From an uncultured Planctomycetales bacterium (GTDB lineage: Bacteria > Omnitrophota > Gorgyraeia > Zapsychrales > JANLHA01), in contig CAZQQI010000006.1 of assembly GCA_964595465.1 (NCBI GenBank), positions 655 through 64,654 on the forward strand: a DNA stretch of 64,000 nt. Reading direction: 5' to 3'. The position numbers and the translations under genes were made by a program. The notes under the pieces were generated by a model. It did not search any database. It was not told where the DNA came from and saw nothing but the letters and a program-made list of their open reading frames with translations. Shown piece after piece: positions 35,365 to 45,497 of the stretch. Numbering within the stretch: the stretch's first letter is position 1; every line of letters starts with the position of its first letter.

Positions 35365-35450
35365 ACAATATATATGTATATAAATCTGATGAATTATACT
35401 ATAGTGAACAGGGAATGCAATGGAAAAATCAAGTTTTTAGCATATTTCCC

Positions 35451-36470
35451 TTATTCCGAGCGGGTTTTGCGAGTCATAAGGGCTTTTAGGGCCTGGCGGG
35501 GTGATGATTTTTGGTAAATCAAGTTATACACCTCAGCGGCAATGGGCATATCTACGCCGTGCTGGTCTGCCAGTCTGACTACAGCTTTGACCGTCTCGAC
35601 CCCTTCGGCAACCATAGACATGTGTTCAAGAATTTCTTTAATGGACTTCCCTGATCCCAGAAGTTCACCGACACGGCGGTTACGGCTGTGCTCGCTGAAA
35701 CAGGTCGTGGCCAGATCTCCCAGGCCGGTCAAGCCGTAAAAGGTCTGTTTTTTTGCGCCCATGGTCTGACCGAGACGGGACATTTCCGCGAGGCCCCGGG
35801 CCAGGATAGCGGATTTGGTGTTTGTTCCCAGATTCAGACCGTCGGCGACACCGCAGGCGATGGCAATGACATTTTTCAGGCTCCCTCCCAGTTCAACACC
35901 GCAGACGTCATCATTGGTGTAAATACGGAATGTGTCGGAATTAAAGACAGACTGCAGGTCGCGGGCTAACTGCTCATCACGGCTGGCAATGACCGCTGTT
36001 GAAGGGATATTTTTGACCAGTTCTTTCGCGATGGTCGGGCCGGAGAGAACGCCCAGTTTGACCGGTCCCAGGAATTTTCGTATCAGCTGGGACATGCGCA
36101 GGAGATCGTCAGGATCAATACCTTTGACTATGCTGAGAAAAGAACGGGTTTTGAAATCAATGGTCTCTTGTGAACGGACATCGGCGATCTGCTGCAGGAC
36201 GCCGCGCAGATATTGAGACGGCACACCCAGCACGATGATGTTGCCATGGTTTAATGCTGTGGTCAGATCCGCGGTCGGCTCGATCGTGCGGGGAAGTTCT
36301 ACTTCCGGCAGAAAGGCGCGGTTCTCACGATGTTCGTTCATCGCGGTGACGTTTTCTTCGAATGCCCCCCAGAGAGAGACCCGGTGCCCGGCCTTGGCCA
36401 AATAAACCGCCAGGGTGGTGCCCCAGCTGCCGTCTCCGATCACTGAAATGGAATGTTTTTTGTTTGTCAT
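35451..36470 (-). CDS. gpsA: Glycerol-3-phosphate dehydrogenase [NAD(P)+]
   Basis: The N-terminus is ISVIGDGSWGTTLA. Length is 339 aa. Confidence 0.9.
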   Translation of the reverse strand: MTNKKHSISVIGDGSWGTTLAVYLAKAGHRVSLWGAFEENVTAMNEHRENRAFLPEVELPRTIEPTADLTTALNHGNIIVLGVPSQYLRGVLQQIADVRSQETIDFKTRSFLSIVKGIDPDDLLRMSQLIRKFLGPVKLGVLSGPTIAKELVKNIPSTAVIASRDEQLARDLQSVFNSDTFRIYTNDDVCGVELGGSLKNVIAIACGVADGLNLGTNTKSAILARGLAEMSRLGQTMGAKKQTFYGLTGLGDLATTCFSEHSRNRRVGELLGSGKSIKEILEHMSMVAEGVETVKAVVRLADQHGVDMPIAAEVYNLIYQKSSPRQALKALMTRKTRSE

Positions 36471-36539
36471 ATTTTTACTCCGTGGGAGTATTATAACTTT
36501 TTCCTTTTCATGTGCAAGGCCCTATGTTAATTTCACAAT

Positions 36540-37199
36540 ATGAAGAATGACAGAAAAACAATCTTCCTGTTTATATTTGGTGCGACATTTTTGTTAAGTG
36601 TTTTGTCTTTTGTTGAGTCTGTGCAGACGGTGGTGTTGCGATTTATTCCGGATATACGGCAGCTTAATATTCTTCCCCCTGTGTGGTCTGGCAGGCATAT
36701 CTTTTGGTATTGTTTTTTGGCGGCCGGACTTGTTTATCTTTCAGCGCTTTTTTTACATTGGGTCTTTCCCCGATCGATAAGGAACGTTCGGCGCTTAGGT
36801 GTTATGTGTTTATTGGGTGTCTGGGCGGGTTTATTCTTACTGCAGACCTTGCGCGTTGAGATGTTCTTATGCGAAATCCTTGGTTCAAATAGAAAAAGAA
36901 TGTTATCGGATATCATCTGGCCTTTCTATGTTCGGGCTCAATATATACGTCAAGCCTACCCGCAATGCCGCTCTCTACAATATGTGACCGATATGGATCT
37001 TTCTCATGATCCGGGAATGGTAACGCAGCGTATATGGGCCTATTATCTTTATCCTTTAGATCTGCGCGGGATACGCGGGGATTCCAAATCTCCCGATTGT
37101 CTGTTTATTTTTCAGTCGGATAATGTTCCTCTTCGCCTGCCGAAAGGCTATTCTCTAGAATTGAAGGATCGGCACATGGGATTGGCCGTAAAACGTTAG
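36540..37199 (+). CDS. Membrane protein, function unknown
   Basis: It has about 4 predicted transmembrane helices. It is the first gene of a + strand pair with the next polytopic protein. Confidence 0.4.
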   Translation: MKNDRKTIFLFIFGATFLLSVLSFVESVQTVVLRFIPDIRQLNILPPVWSGRHIFWYCFLAAGLVYLSALFLHWVFPRSIRNVRRLGVMCLLGVWAGLFLLQTLRVEMFLCEILGSNRKRMLSDIIWPFYVRAQYIRQAYPQCRSLQYVTDMDLSHDPGMVTQRIWAYYLYPLDLRGIRGDSKSPDCLFIFQSDNVPLRLPKGYSLELKDRHMGLAVKR

Positions 37200-37206
37200 G
37201 GATCTT

Positions 37207-38592
37207 ATGGATGTCATAATCCTCTTTGCTCATATTTTATGGTTGACGCTATCCGGGGCAGTCCTTTTTTATTTTATGACCGGGGACAGGCGCCAAGGTC
37301 TTGATGGCCTATTTGCTGTCGGGGGCGGGATCGGGTTGGCGTTTGGATTGTTGAGCTGGTGGTTATTTTTATGCGGGGTCTTTGATATTTTTCGGGGACC
37401 GACGGGGAGCGTTGTGTTTTATCTTTTCATAGTTGCCCTCGTGGTCCTGATTATGGTTAAGAAGCTGCCGTCAAATCAAGGGCTTAGCTTTTGCCGACAG
37501 TCTTTGAAAACATCGACAATCTGGGAAAGCGCTTTGTTATGCATCGTCGCTTTTTATGTCTTTTTTATATGGATCAGCGCTTTGACCGTGCCGATATCTT
37601 CTTGGGATGCCTGGGCGACGATTGCCTTTAAGGCTAAGATTTTCTTTTATGAACGGAGCTTTGCGTACAATGCCCATTTGCCGCATCCCTCCTATCCCCT
37701 TCTCACGCCGCTTCTGCAGACCTGGACAGCATTTACAATCGGAAGATGGGATGAATTTTTGACCAAGATCATCTTTCCCTTATTCGGTACCGCCTATATT
37801 GCGATCCATTATGGATTTTTGAAAAGAGTTTGCGGACGGACTTTGGCGTTGTTAGGTACAGTTTTTTTAATCAGTTCGTTTAGCTTTGTTTTATTTTGCA
37901 GTTTAGGATATCGGGACATTATTCTTACATATTATAACTGTGCGGCTGTTATATTGTTGTATACGGTCTTTTATGAAAACAAAGGGTTTCCTTCGATCCT
38001 CGCGGCCGGGCTGTTTTCCGGGTTTGCTGCTTTTACAAAATTAGAGGGTATAGGCTATGTGTTCATACATGCAGTTCTGGCTGCTGGGCTTTTGTGGCGC
38101 AGGACGGACATATCCATTAAGCTTCGTTTGAAGCAGTTTGCCTGTTTTGTTGCGCCCCCGGTCATCATCATTGTTTTTTATTGGCTATTTAAACAACACG
38201 CCGGAATCGCTCTGGGAGAAGGCGGTAAGACGGAAATTATTCTGACCGTGGATGTCTTCCAGCGGCTGAAGACGATCGCTGCGGCTTTTTATCAAAATCT
38301 CTTTGTTTATTTAAACTGGAGCTGGAACTGGTATTTTCTGCTGGGTCTTTGTATCTTTTCCTTTAAAAAACGATTTTCATCGGGTTCCCGTTTTTTTATA
38401 ACAAGTATTTTTTTATTTCTTTTAGCCGACTGTGCTCTGCTTTTATTCACGCCAAATTATAAATACATTTTAGACGGGCAGCTGCTTTCTCGCTTAATTC
38501 TGCATTTTTTCCCCCTTTGTCCCATCGCCAGCGTGTTTCTGTTATTCGACATGAAGTTTCTTGAGCCGGACGGTCATAAACAGTCCTGCTAA
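37207..38592 (+). CDS. Polytopic membrane protein, GT-C-like (ArnT/PMT/DUF2029-like glycosyltransferase candidate)
   Basis: It has about 11 predicted transmembrane helices. Periplasmic-loop acidic/aromatic motifs (SWDAWAT…, GRWDEF) fit lipid-linked-sugar-dependent glycosyltransferases. Confidence 0.4.
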   Translation: MDVIILFAHILWLTLSGAVLFYFMTGDRRQGLDGLFAVGGGIGLAFGLLSWWLFLCGVFDIFRGPTGSVVFYLFIVALVVLIMVKKLPSNQGLSFCRQSLKTSTIWESALLCIVAFYVFFIWISALTVPISSWDAWATIAFKAKIFFYERSFAYNAHLPHPSYPLLTPLLQTWTAFTIGRWDEFLTKIIFPLFGTAYIAIHYGFLKRVCGRTLALLGTVFLISSFSFVLFCSLGYRDIILTYYNCAAVILLYTVFYENKGFPSILAAGLFSGFAAFTKLEGIGYVFIHAVLAAGLLWRRTDISIKLRLKQFACFVAPPVIIIVFYWLFKQHAGIALGEGGKTEIILTVDVFQRLKTIAAAFYQNLFVYLNWSWNWYFLLGLCIFSFKKRFSSGSRFFITSIFLFLLADCALLLFTPNYKYILDGQLLSRLILHFFPLCPIASVFLLFDMKFLEPDGHKQSC

Positions 38593-39147
38593 GCGGTTGA
38601 TTGAGTTGCTTAATCGTTCTAGCTTACGAATGAATGTATAGCTGCGATTCGGGACCAGTTGTTGAAAGGATAATCCTCCGCTCAGCAGATAACTTAAAGG
38701 GGTGTGGACAGTGATATCATATAGCTGTAAGGCCGGGAACTCTGCCTTAAAACAGTCCTGATCTCTTACGAATATGATCCAAGGCAGTGCACCATTGGCA
38801 CATGATAAGGGGGTGTCAGCGGAGAGTTCCCAATTTTCAGCAGACGGATAAAATCCTTCATGATGAATATGTGTGTATATAAAACGGCTGAACAGGGTAT
38901 TGGCTGGTTCGATTAGGATGAGCTCTCCTCCGTTCTTTAAACATCGGCAAGCCTCGTTCAAAAATAGTCGGGGTTGATGGATGTGATGCAGGACATTAAG
39001 CAAAAAAATTCCTTTAAATGTGTTTTGCTTGAACGGAAGACAAATGGCAGAACAGCAGATATCCACAGAGGATAACGGCAAGAGGTCAGAGGTAATAATA
39101 TCCGGGTATATGTCTTTTAGGAATCCTGGTCCGCTGCCGATCTCCAA
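38542..39147 (-). CDS. Class I SAM-dependent methyltransferase
   Basis: Motif I is MEIGSGPGF. Its 3' end overlaps the convergent + gene by 51 bp. Confidence 0.65.
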   Translation of the reverse strand: MEIGSGPGFLKDIYPDIITSDLLPLSSVDICCSAICLPFKQNTFKGIFLLNVLHHIHQPRLFLNEACRCLKNGGELILIEPANTLFSRFIYTHIHHEGFYPSAENWELSADTPLSCANGALPWIIFVRDQDCFKAEFPALQLYDITVHTPLSYLLSGGLSFQQLVPNRSYTFIRKLERLSNSINRLAGLFMTVRLKKLHVE

Positions 39148-39331
39148 AAATTTAGCTGGCTCATTGCGCTGGATGGATTCTAAAAATATGGCATAAAACT
39201 CCGCGTATAGATTTTTTAAAAACGGTTTTGAACAAATGATCTCTCTATGATGACGGATTGTCTCAAGAGAATCTAGAGATGAATCAGGGACAGTATCAGA
39301 AAGGCGTAGGGGATTAAGAAGTGTCTTATTA

Positions 39332-40744
39332 TCAAAAGAATTTAAATTTTCTCATCGCTACCCAGGACATTTTGAATAGGAACAGTCCATGATAAAAGCG
39401 GCGGATCTGGGTGCTGCCATACCGGCGTTCTTTGTAATGGATGGGAAGCTCCAGGATTTTAAGGTTAGATTTTGCCGCGCCGAAGAGTAGGGCGAAATCT
39501 CCGAATGGATCGAAACTGCTGAAGCCGGCGTCAGAGCGAACGAACGTTTCATAGTGATCGCGGAACAGGACCTTTGTCCCGCAGAGAGTATCCTTGAGAG
39601 GCTGTCCCAGGAGCCAGCTGAAGAGGATCCCGAAAAATTTGTTAGCGATCAGATTCAATGTTCGCATAGCCTCTTTTTCCATGGGGTATACCAGCCGGCA
39701 GCCGTTGATAAACTCTCCTTTATGTGTCTGAATGGCATGATAAAATTTTGGCAGGGTTTCCGGCGCAACCGTCAGATCTGCATCCAGGATCATAAGGATA
39801 TTCCCATTCGCTTTGCGGAAACCTTCCCATACGGCATCTGCCTTCCCCTTGCCCGGCTGACGGTAGGCGCGTATATCCTTTTCTGTTCCATATTTTTCTA
39901 TGATCCGCTGAACTTCCTCATATGATCCGTCTTGTGAACCACCTTCTACAAAAATAAATTCTTGGTTTTTTCCGAATACCGGTGTTCGGCGAACGGCCGG
40001 TTCGATATTTCCGCGTTCGTTTCGGCAGGGAATGATTATGCTGACACTATATTCGGGATGTTTTCTGGTTTCCGGCTTCAGACGGGCAATCATAAAATGG
40101 TTCAGGGTAAAGGCATTTAAAAGCGGTAAATTCGCTGCTATCTTATTGAGAAAAGGCGACAACAAAGGGATATATAACGGGAAAAGAATGCGCCGTTCTA
40201 AGCGGATGTTTTCGTAGTCCGTTAAGCGGAAAAAGTTACGCAGGTCATTAGCGGTAAACCAGTTCTGAGTTTTTTGCGGCATTTTAAGATGCAACTTCTC
40301 GGCGAGCTTTAGGATTAACTGCCATAGATAACTGTAATATTCTATGATGATTCGGGTGTGAGGCGCGCAGAAACGGCGGAGTTGATTCAGAAACTCCTGA
40401 ATATCCGGACACTCACCTAACGTGCCGCTGACAAGAATATAGTCAAATGGCTGTTCGCTATCGAGTCCGTTTAGGGCCTGTGAAGAAAAATGCAGGTTAG
40501 GAAATTTTTCCCGGGCACAGGATATCACGGCAGAACTGACATCCACTCCCAGGCCGTATGAAGGATGGACAGCGTTAAGAAGTTCACCTGTTCCGCAGCC
40601 GATTTCCAGAACCCGTTTACCGGCTGGAACAATATGACGATAATACTCGAAAAGCATATTGTAATAATATTTATGCCGAGTTATATATTTTTTTCGACAG
40701 TTAGTGATGCGGTCATAATGCTGAGGGATCTTTTCAGAGTTCAT
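39332..40744 (-). CDS. Bifunctional protein: N-terminal SAM-dependent methyltransferase plus C-terminal GT2 (Dol-P/Und-P sugar synthase-like) glycosyltransferase
   Basis: The methyltransferase motif is RVLEIGCGTGELL. The GT2 domain has VSIIIPCRNERGNI, FVEGGSQDGS and LMILDADLT (DxD). Confidence 0.7.
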   Translation of the reverse strand: MNSEKIPQHYDRITNCRKKYITRHKYYYNMLFEYYRHIVPAGKRVLEIGCGTGELLNAVHPSYGLGVDVSSAVISCAREKFPNLHFSSQALNGLDSEQPFDYILVSGTLGECPDIQEFLNQLRRFCAPHTRIIIEYYSYLWQLILKLAEKLHLKMPQKTQNWFTANDLRNFFRLTDYENIRLERRILFPLYIPLLSPFLNKIAANLPLLNAFTLNHFMIARLKPETRKHPEYSVSIIIPCRNERGNIEPAVRRTPVFGKNQEFIFVEGGSQDGSYEEVQRIIEKYGTEKDIRAYRQPGKGKADAVWEGFRKANGNILMILDADLTVAPETLPKFYHAIQTHKGEFINGCRLVYPMEKEAMRTLNLIANKFFGILFSWLLGQPLKDTLCGTKVLFRDHYETFVRSDAGFSSFDPFGDFALLFGAAKSNLKILELPIHYKERRYGSTQIRRFYHGLFLFKMSWVAMRKFKFF

Positions 40745-40752
40745 AAGGATCC

Positions 40753-42675
40753 TTAATGTCTGACGTTATATAATGCGAAGACTTCATTGGCATAAAGGCG
40801 ATCCAGATAAGGGGATTCCGGCAGGTTGAGATAATTCAGCGCAACGATATAATCCGCCTGATAGGTCTCCAGTGCTTTCTTCAGGGCCGGCGCCGGCGGC
40901 TGTTGAAGAAAAACCTGGTAGGCGCCGATATCCTCTAGACGTTTTTGCCATTCCTCCCCTGCCGCGTAATCAAATCCCACCACACCGCAGTCCCGGTAAG
41001 ACATGATAATGCTTCTCTCCGATCCGATACGGAATCCGCCCATCTCCATGTCATGCGGGACCAGGAACAGCGCGTCCTGTGGAGTATGTTCGCGCACATA
41101 ATCCTGCATATCCAGCCAGGCCCGCTGCAGCTGCCAGAAGCCGCTGCCGTAGCGTTCCAGACGGTACCGCCGGTAATGGTAATAGGAGAAATTCAGCAGA
41201 AGGCAGAAAAATGGCAGGACCAGCAGGATCAGGCCCAGGATATTGCGTTGATGAGGTCGTTTGAATAAACAGAAAAGCAGACCTAACACAACCGTTCCGG
41301 CGAGACATACCGCCAAAGTCAGCCAGGTGGCCAGGCTGTATGATTGATTTTTTATTAGATAAGCGATCATTATCAATGAAAAAACCAGCAAGATCATTCC
41401 CAGGACCTGCAGTCCTCTTCGCGGGTGTGTCTGACCGTAGGCGTGATCCAGGGTGCAGATGCCGAATATGCCCAGAGTGCTGAAGCAGACAAATTCCGGA
41501 CCCAGGCGGAAGAACGGCAGAAATAAGATCATTCCAGCCAGTGGAATAAACCGCTGAAGACGGAAACGGTGGTAGATGAGGATCACGGTCTGCGCCATCA
41601 GAACGAAGGTCATAAATTGGAGATTACGGATCAGATTCAGATCGATCACAAAGCGGCTGGGCCAAATATAGGTAAATAGGAAAGAGATCAGGAGAAAGAC
41701 GGTTCCCGCTTCCATAATGGCGCGTGACCGTTTGTCTTTTTGAAAAACCGGATTGTAGAAAATATTCAGGAGAAAGAGTGCCGCAGTCTGCCAGTAGACC
41801 GCTGTGGTTTGCCAGAATGCTGAAAAACTCTGGAACACGCTTTTCAGAGAGTGGTGATAAAGCAGGAAATTCTGCGGACAGGCCAGCTGATACAGCGGCC
41901 ACCATTGGTCGCGTGAAGGAGATGAAACCGGGGCGCTGAGAAATTTGTTACGGAAGATCCAGATGAGAATCGGCAGGGCACATAGTATAAAGGCACTGAT
42001 GCTCTGCAGGATCTTTTTCCAGCGGACCGGACGTGAACGAAAAAGAAACCAGAGAATGTAGACCAGAGGAAAAATGCTGTAGAGAACATGAACATTGGCA
42101 GCGAGTCCGAGTACAGCAGCGGCTGCCACATAACGTTTCCGATAGAACAGATAAAGCCCGCCGAAAATTATGGCGAGGGCAAATTCCTGATGCGAAAAGG
42201 TGCGGTAAAGGAATTCCTCCACCCTGCCCAGCAGAATGATCATACTGACGCAGAGAAACGCGTTAAAGCGGTCTTTGCTGACGCAATGCCAGAGTTTATA
42301 CATGAAGAAAAACAAGACATAGCGGCTGATCAGGTACAGTAAGAAAAAGACCGCGGGTATCTGCGCCGTGGTGATCAAGCGGGATAATATGGGATACAAA
42401 TAAGTGATAAAATTACCGACCAGGGCATCGACATAATAATCTCCGGGATAAAGGTCGGGATTGATGAGGCGTTTGAGCAGAGGGATTTCGAGATGCTGGT
42501 CATCCCAGCCGTAGGTGTAGCCGTTGGTGGCGAGGAATACACCGAGCAGGAGCAGACTGATGACCCAGTCTGTTTGTACTATCGATATGAATTTCAGCCG
42601 CCACGATTCACGTTTCACGTTTCCCGTTTCCCGTTTTGTTATTTCCAGACAAAGACTTCCCGGACAACTTGCCAC
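40753..42675 (-). CDS. Large polytopic membrane protein (640 aa), GT-C-like candidate
   Basis: It has 15 or more predicted transmembrane helices. It overlaps the upstream GT2 by 37 bp. The start is uncertain because the N-terminus is encoded by a CGTTTCC repeat region. Confidence 0.4.
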   Translation of the reverse strand: MASCPGSLCLEITKRETGNVKRESWRLKFISIVQTDWVISLLLLGVFLATNGYTYGWDDQHLEIPLLKRLINPDLYPGDYYVDALVGNFITYLYPILSRLITTAQIPAVFFLLYLISRYVLFFFMYKLWHCVSKDRFNAFLCVSMIILLGRVEEFLYRTFSHQEFALAIIFGGLYLFYRKRYVAAAAVLGLAANVHVLYSIFPLVYILWFLFRSRPVRWKKILQSISAFILCALPILIWIFRNKFLSAPVSSPSRDQWWPLYQLACPQNFLLYHHSLKSVFQSFSAFWQTTAVYWQTAALFLLNIFYNPVFQKDKRSRAIMEAGTVFLLISFLFTYIWPSRFVIDLNLIRNLQFMTFVLMAQTVILIYHRFRLQRFIPLAGMILFLPFFRLGPEFVCFSTLGIFGICTLDHAYGQTHPRRGLQVLGMILLVFSLIMIAYLIKNQSYSLATWLTLAVCLAGTVVLGLLFCLFKRPHQRNILGLILLVLPFFCLLLNFSYYHYRRYRLERYGSGFWQLQRAWLDMQDYVREHTPQDALFLVPHDMEMGGFRIGSERSIIMSYRDCGVVGFDYAAGEEWQKRLEDIGAYQVFLQQPPAPALKKALETYQADYIVALNYLNLPESPYLDRLYANEVFALYNVRH

Positions 42676-43367
42676 ATGTAGGCGGCTCCCCAGCGCAGGA
42701 CCTGCAGTTTGCGTTCTCCTCCCTCCCGCGCCGGTTCATCGCCGGGGATCTCGGTGACCTTTAGACCGCGTTTAGCGGCACGTACAGATAAGAGCGGTTC
42801 CCAGCTGATATTGGTGCCGAAGAGGCTCTCTTCAAAGGCGTAAGAATCCTCTTTATCCAGATCCAGTTCAGCCGGAAGATCTGTGCGGTAAGCACGATAA
42901 ATGACCATGGCGTCGGTATACTGCGCGCCGTGGAGAAGATTGATCGTCGTCGTAAACAGTTTATTGCCGAACCCGGTTACGGCATCATCATCGTAACTCC
43001 GGGCGTCGTCTTTGTAGCGGGAGACAATGACCATGTCATGCCCCTCACGCATTTTGTTAAGGCATTCGGGTATAAGCTCGGGTATGGAATTCCCGTCCGG
43101 GCTGAAGGTCAGGACAACGTCACCTTTAATATGCGGCCAGGCCTCCATATAGGCGTGACGCATGCCTTTTTTCTGCTGAACGACCACATCATAGCCCAGT
43201 TCCCGGGCGTAGTCAGCTGTTCCGTCCGTTGACTGTCCGTCAACGACCAGGATCTGATCGATCCAGTCGGGATTGACCTTTGGCATCACGGTCTTCATCC
43301 CTTCGATCTCATTAAGTGTGGGTACCAGCAGGGTTACGGTCATACGGGATATCCTTTCTGCGTTCAT
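42639..43367 (-). CDS. GT2 family glycosyltransferase, DPM1/ArnC/GtrB-like (polyprenyl-phosphate sugar synthase)
   Basis: Motifs are LLVPTLNEIEG, VVDGQSTDGT and a DxD. Length is 242 aa. Confidence 0.75.
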   Translation of the reverse strand: MNAERISRMTVTLLVPTLNEIEGMKTVMPKVNPDWIDQILVVDGQSTDGTADYARELGYDVVVQQKKGMRHAYMEAWPHIKGDVVLTFSPDGNSIPELIPECLNKMREGHDMVIVSRYKDDARSYDDDAVTGFGNKLFTTTINLLHGAQYTDAMVIYRAYRTDLPAELDLDKEDSYAFEESLFGTNISWEPLLSVRAAKRGLKVTEIPGDEPAREGGERKLQVLRWGAAYMWQVVREVFVWK

Positions 43368-43440
43368 GTTATCTAACGTTCATTATAGCGAACAGAAAAT
43401 GAAATCCCACCCTTTTTCCACTCTTTTCTTTCAGACATAC

Positions 43441-43467
43441 AAAAACCCGTTGAAATAATTCAACGGG
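43441..43467 (-). terminator. Rho-independent terminator downstream of the minus-strand tRNA cluster
   Basis: On the minus strand: CCCGTTGA-attattt-TCAACGGG followed by TTTTT. Confidence 0.6.
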
Positions 43468-43514
43468 CTGAAAGGATTATTTGAGATGGCGCGGATAATA
43501 TAAAAATGTAAAAC

Positions 43515-43588
43515 TGGAGCGGGAGAAGGGAATCGAACCCTCGTATCCAGCTTGGAAGGCTGGTGTTCTGCCACTGAACTACTCCCGC
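43515..43588 (-). tRNA. tRNA-Gly (anticodon TCC), CCA encoded
   Basis: The reverse complement is GCGGGAGTAGTTCAGTGGCAGAAC…CCAGC-CTTCCAA-GCTGG…TTCGATT…CTCCCGCTCCA. Confidence 0.85.
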
Positions 43589-43632
43589 GAATAGGATATC
43601 CCTGAAAAGATTTTGGTGGGATGTATAAAAAA

Positions 43633-43715
43633 TGGGCAGGGGAGGATTCGAACCTCCGAAGCGCTGGCGCAACAGATTTACAGTCTGTCCTCGTTGACCA
43701 CTTGAGTACCTGCCC
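43633..43715 (-). tRNA. tRNA-Tyr (anticodon GTA), long variable arm, CCA not encoded
   Basis: The reverse complement is GGGCAGG…ACAGA-CTGTAAA-TCTGT plus a long variable arm, then GGAGG-TTCGAAT-CCTCC-CCTGCCCA. Confidence 0.85.
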
Positions 43716-43818
43716 GTGAAATAAAAAAGTTATAAAAGAACTGGGGCTTCCCCCTCACCCCCTGTGGTCGGGGTGGTATGTAATCTGTAAGAACATCTAT
43801 TACAATAACATTCATATC

Positions 43819-43894
<76 letters not shown>

Positions 43895-43994
43895 CCATAT
43901 ATTAGAAATTTGTTTCACAAAGAGGCATAAGTTTATCAAAAATTCTTCTCCCTGTAAAGTCTTAATCTCTTTGAGGATGGGAAAAAAATCGGAT

Positions 43995-45338
43995 TCAGAA
44001 GGTTTTTTCGTTGAAGATATATTGTTCGGATATGAGTGACTCGGCCGTCTCTTCTTTTTCCAGCTTGGCAAGAATATCCCGGATCTTTTGACGGAGAGCC
44101 AGATAGGTCCCTACGTTTTCTCCGGACATCTCCGTTTCAAGTTTGGCCAGCTGGCGCCGGGTGTCGACCAGCTGATCTTTGAGTCGGGCGACTTCGCGGT
44201 CACGATGTTTGATCAGTTTAAGTGTTCCCTTATATCTTTTAGAAAGGCGTTTGAGAGCCAGTTTATCTGCGGCATCTTTTTCGCGGTTGTCGGTTTTAGC
44301 TATTCTTATCCTTTTTTCCAATTGGGAAAGTTCTGCTGTCAGGTTAAGGATCACTTTCTGTTGACGGCGGATCGTGTGCTGGGTGTTTTTTATTTTCTGG
44401 TTGGCCAGAAATAAGCGGCTGGTCATTTTCCGGGTTTCCGGAGAAGTCTGGTTTTTAGAAACAAGGTTTTGGTTTGTCTTATGCGATGTGGATAGACGGC
44501 TTTGTAAATCGCTGATTTTGGAATCCAGCGAAGCGATCATATGGTTTTTGACTTTGAGGGCGTGGCGGGTTTGCCGGCTGTCCTGCGCGACCTGGGCGTA
44601 GTCGGTCTTGAGTGTTGAGATCTGGTGGTCTTTATGATGGATGATCTCTGCCAATCGGTCTGCCACAGCGCGGCTTAAAGTGGTTTCGATGTGAGATTGG
44701 CGTTCCAGCAGGGCCAGGTTCTGATTTAACGAATGGTTCTGCAGGGAGACAAAGGCAATTTTTGCCTGCAGATTCTGCTGCTGTTCATAACTGCGGGCCA
44801 GGAATTTTTCCAGGATCAGGGTCTCACGCTGCAGGGCCAGCCGTTCATTATTCCAGTGCTGACGCGCGTCTTCATATCGGGATTGAAGGTCATGCAGGCT
44901 GGTATCTAATTTTGCCAGGCGGGTTTCCTGTTGGCTCAGGTCGTTTTCTTTTTGAGCGAGGTCCGTCTTGAGGGCCGTGATCTTGTCCGCGCGTTCGCGC
45001 ATGGCTTGCTCAAGGTGGTCAATCTTGAGACGATAAGAGCGTATGAGCTGTTCGTTGCCCAGCTCTTTGCGGGGATCATGGCCGCTATGAGAATAATATC
45101 CGTTTTGAATTCTGCGCAGGTAAAGACGGGCTTCGTCATTATTTCTGTCCAGATCCAGGGCTTTGGTGAAGTAATGGGCTGCTTCCACATAGTGTTCATT
45201 TTGGAGGCGGGATTTAGCCTGATTGGTGAAATGCAGGCTCAGTTTCATTTGCTGCAGGTCGGCCGCGTGAGCGGAAGCGGCGGACATGACGAGAGAACAA
45301 ATTATTGAAAAAAGGAAGCTACGGATTGGGAAACGCAT
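43995..45338 (-). CDS. Secreted coiled-coil protein with N-terminal TPR-like segment, function unknown
   Basis: It has a signal peptide (…SAASAHA). A TPR-like region runs YVEAAHYFTKALDLDRNNDEARLY. About 300 aa of heptad-rich coiled coil follow. Confidence 0.5.
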   Translation of the reverse strand: MRFPIRSFLFSIICSLVMSAASAHAADLQQMKLSLHFTNQAKSRLQNEHYVEAAHYFTKALDLDRNNDEARLYLRRIQNGYYSHSGHDPRKELGNEQLIRSYRLKIDHLEQAMRERADKITALKTDLAQKENDLSQQETRLAKLDTSLHDLQSRYEDARQHWNNERLALQRETLILEKFLARSYEQQQNLQAKIAFVSLQNHSLNQNLALLERQSHIETTLSRAVADRLAEIIHHKDHQISTLKTDYAQVAQDSRQTRHALKVKNHMIASLDSKISDLQSRLSTSHKTNQNLVSKNQTSPETRKMTSRLFLANQKIKNTQHTIRRQQKVILNLTAELSQLEKRIRIAKTDNREKDAADKLALKRLSKRYKGTLKLIKHRDREVARLKDQLVDTRRQLAKLETEMSGENVGTYLALRQKIRDILAKLEKEETAESLISEQYIFNEKTF

Positions 45339-45497
45339 ATATTAATAATCCTAAATTATCTGCTATTGAAGGCTTAATGTGTCGTAAAGTATACCATTAT
45401 TTTCATACCTTTTACAAGAAAACGCGGTTCCTGAAAGGAAAAAAATTTAAAAAAGTTATTTTTCATGCTAAAATATCACTATATTTAAGGAGATTTC

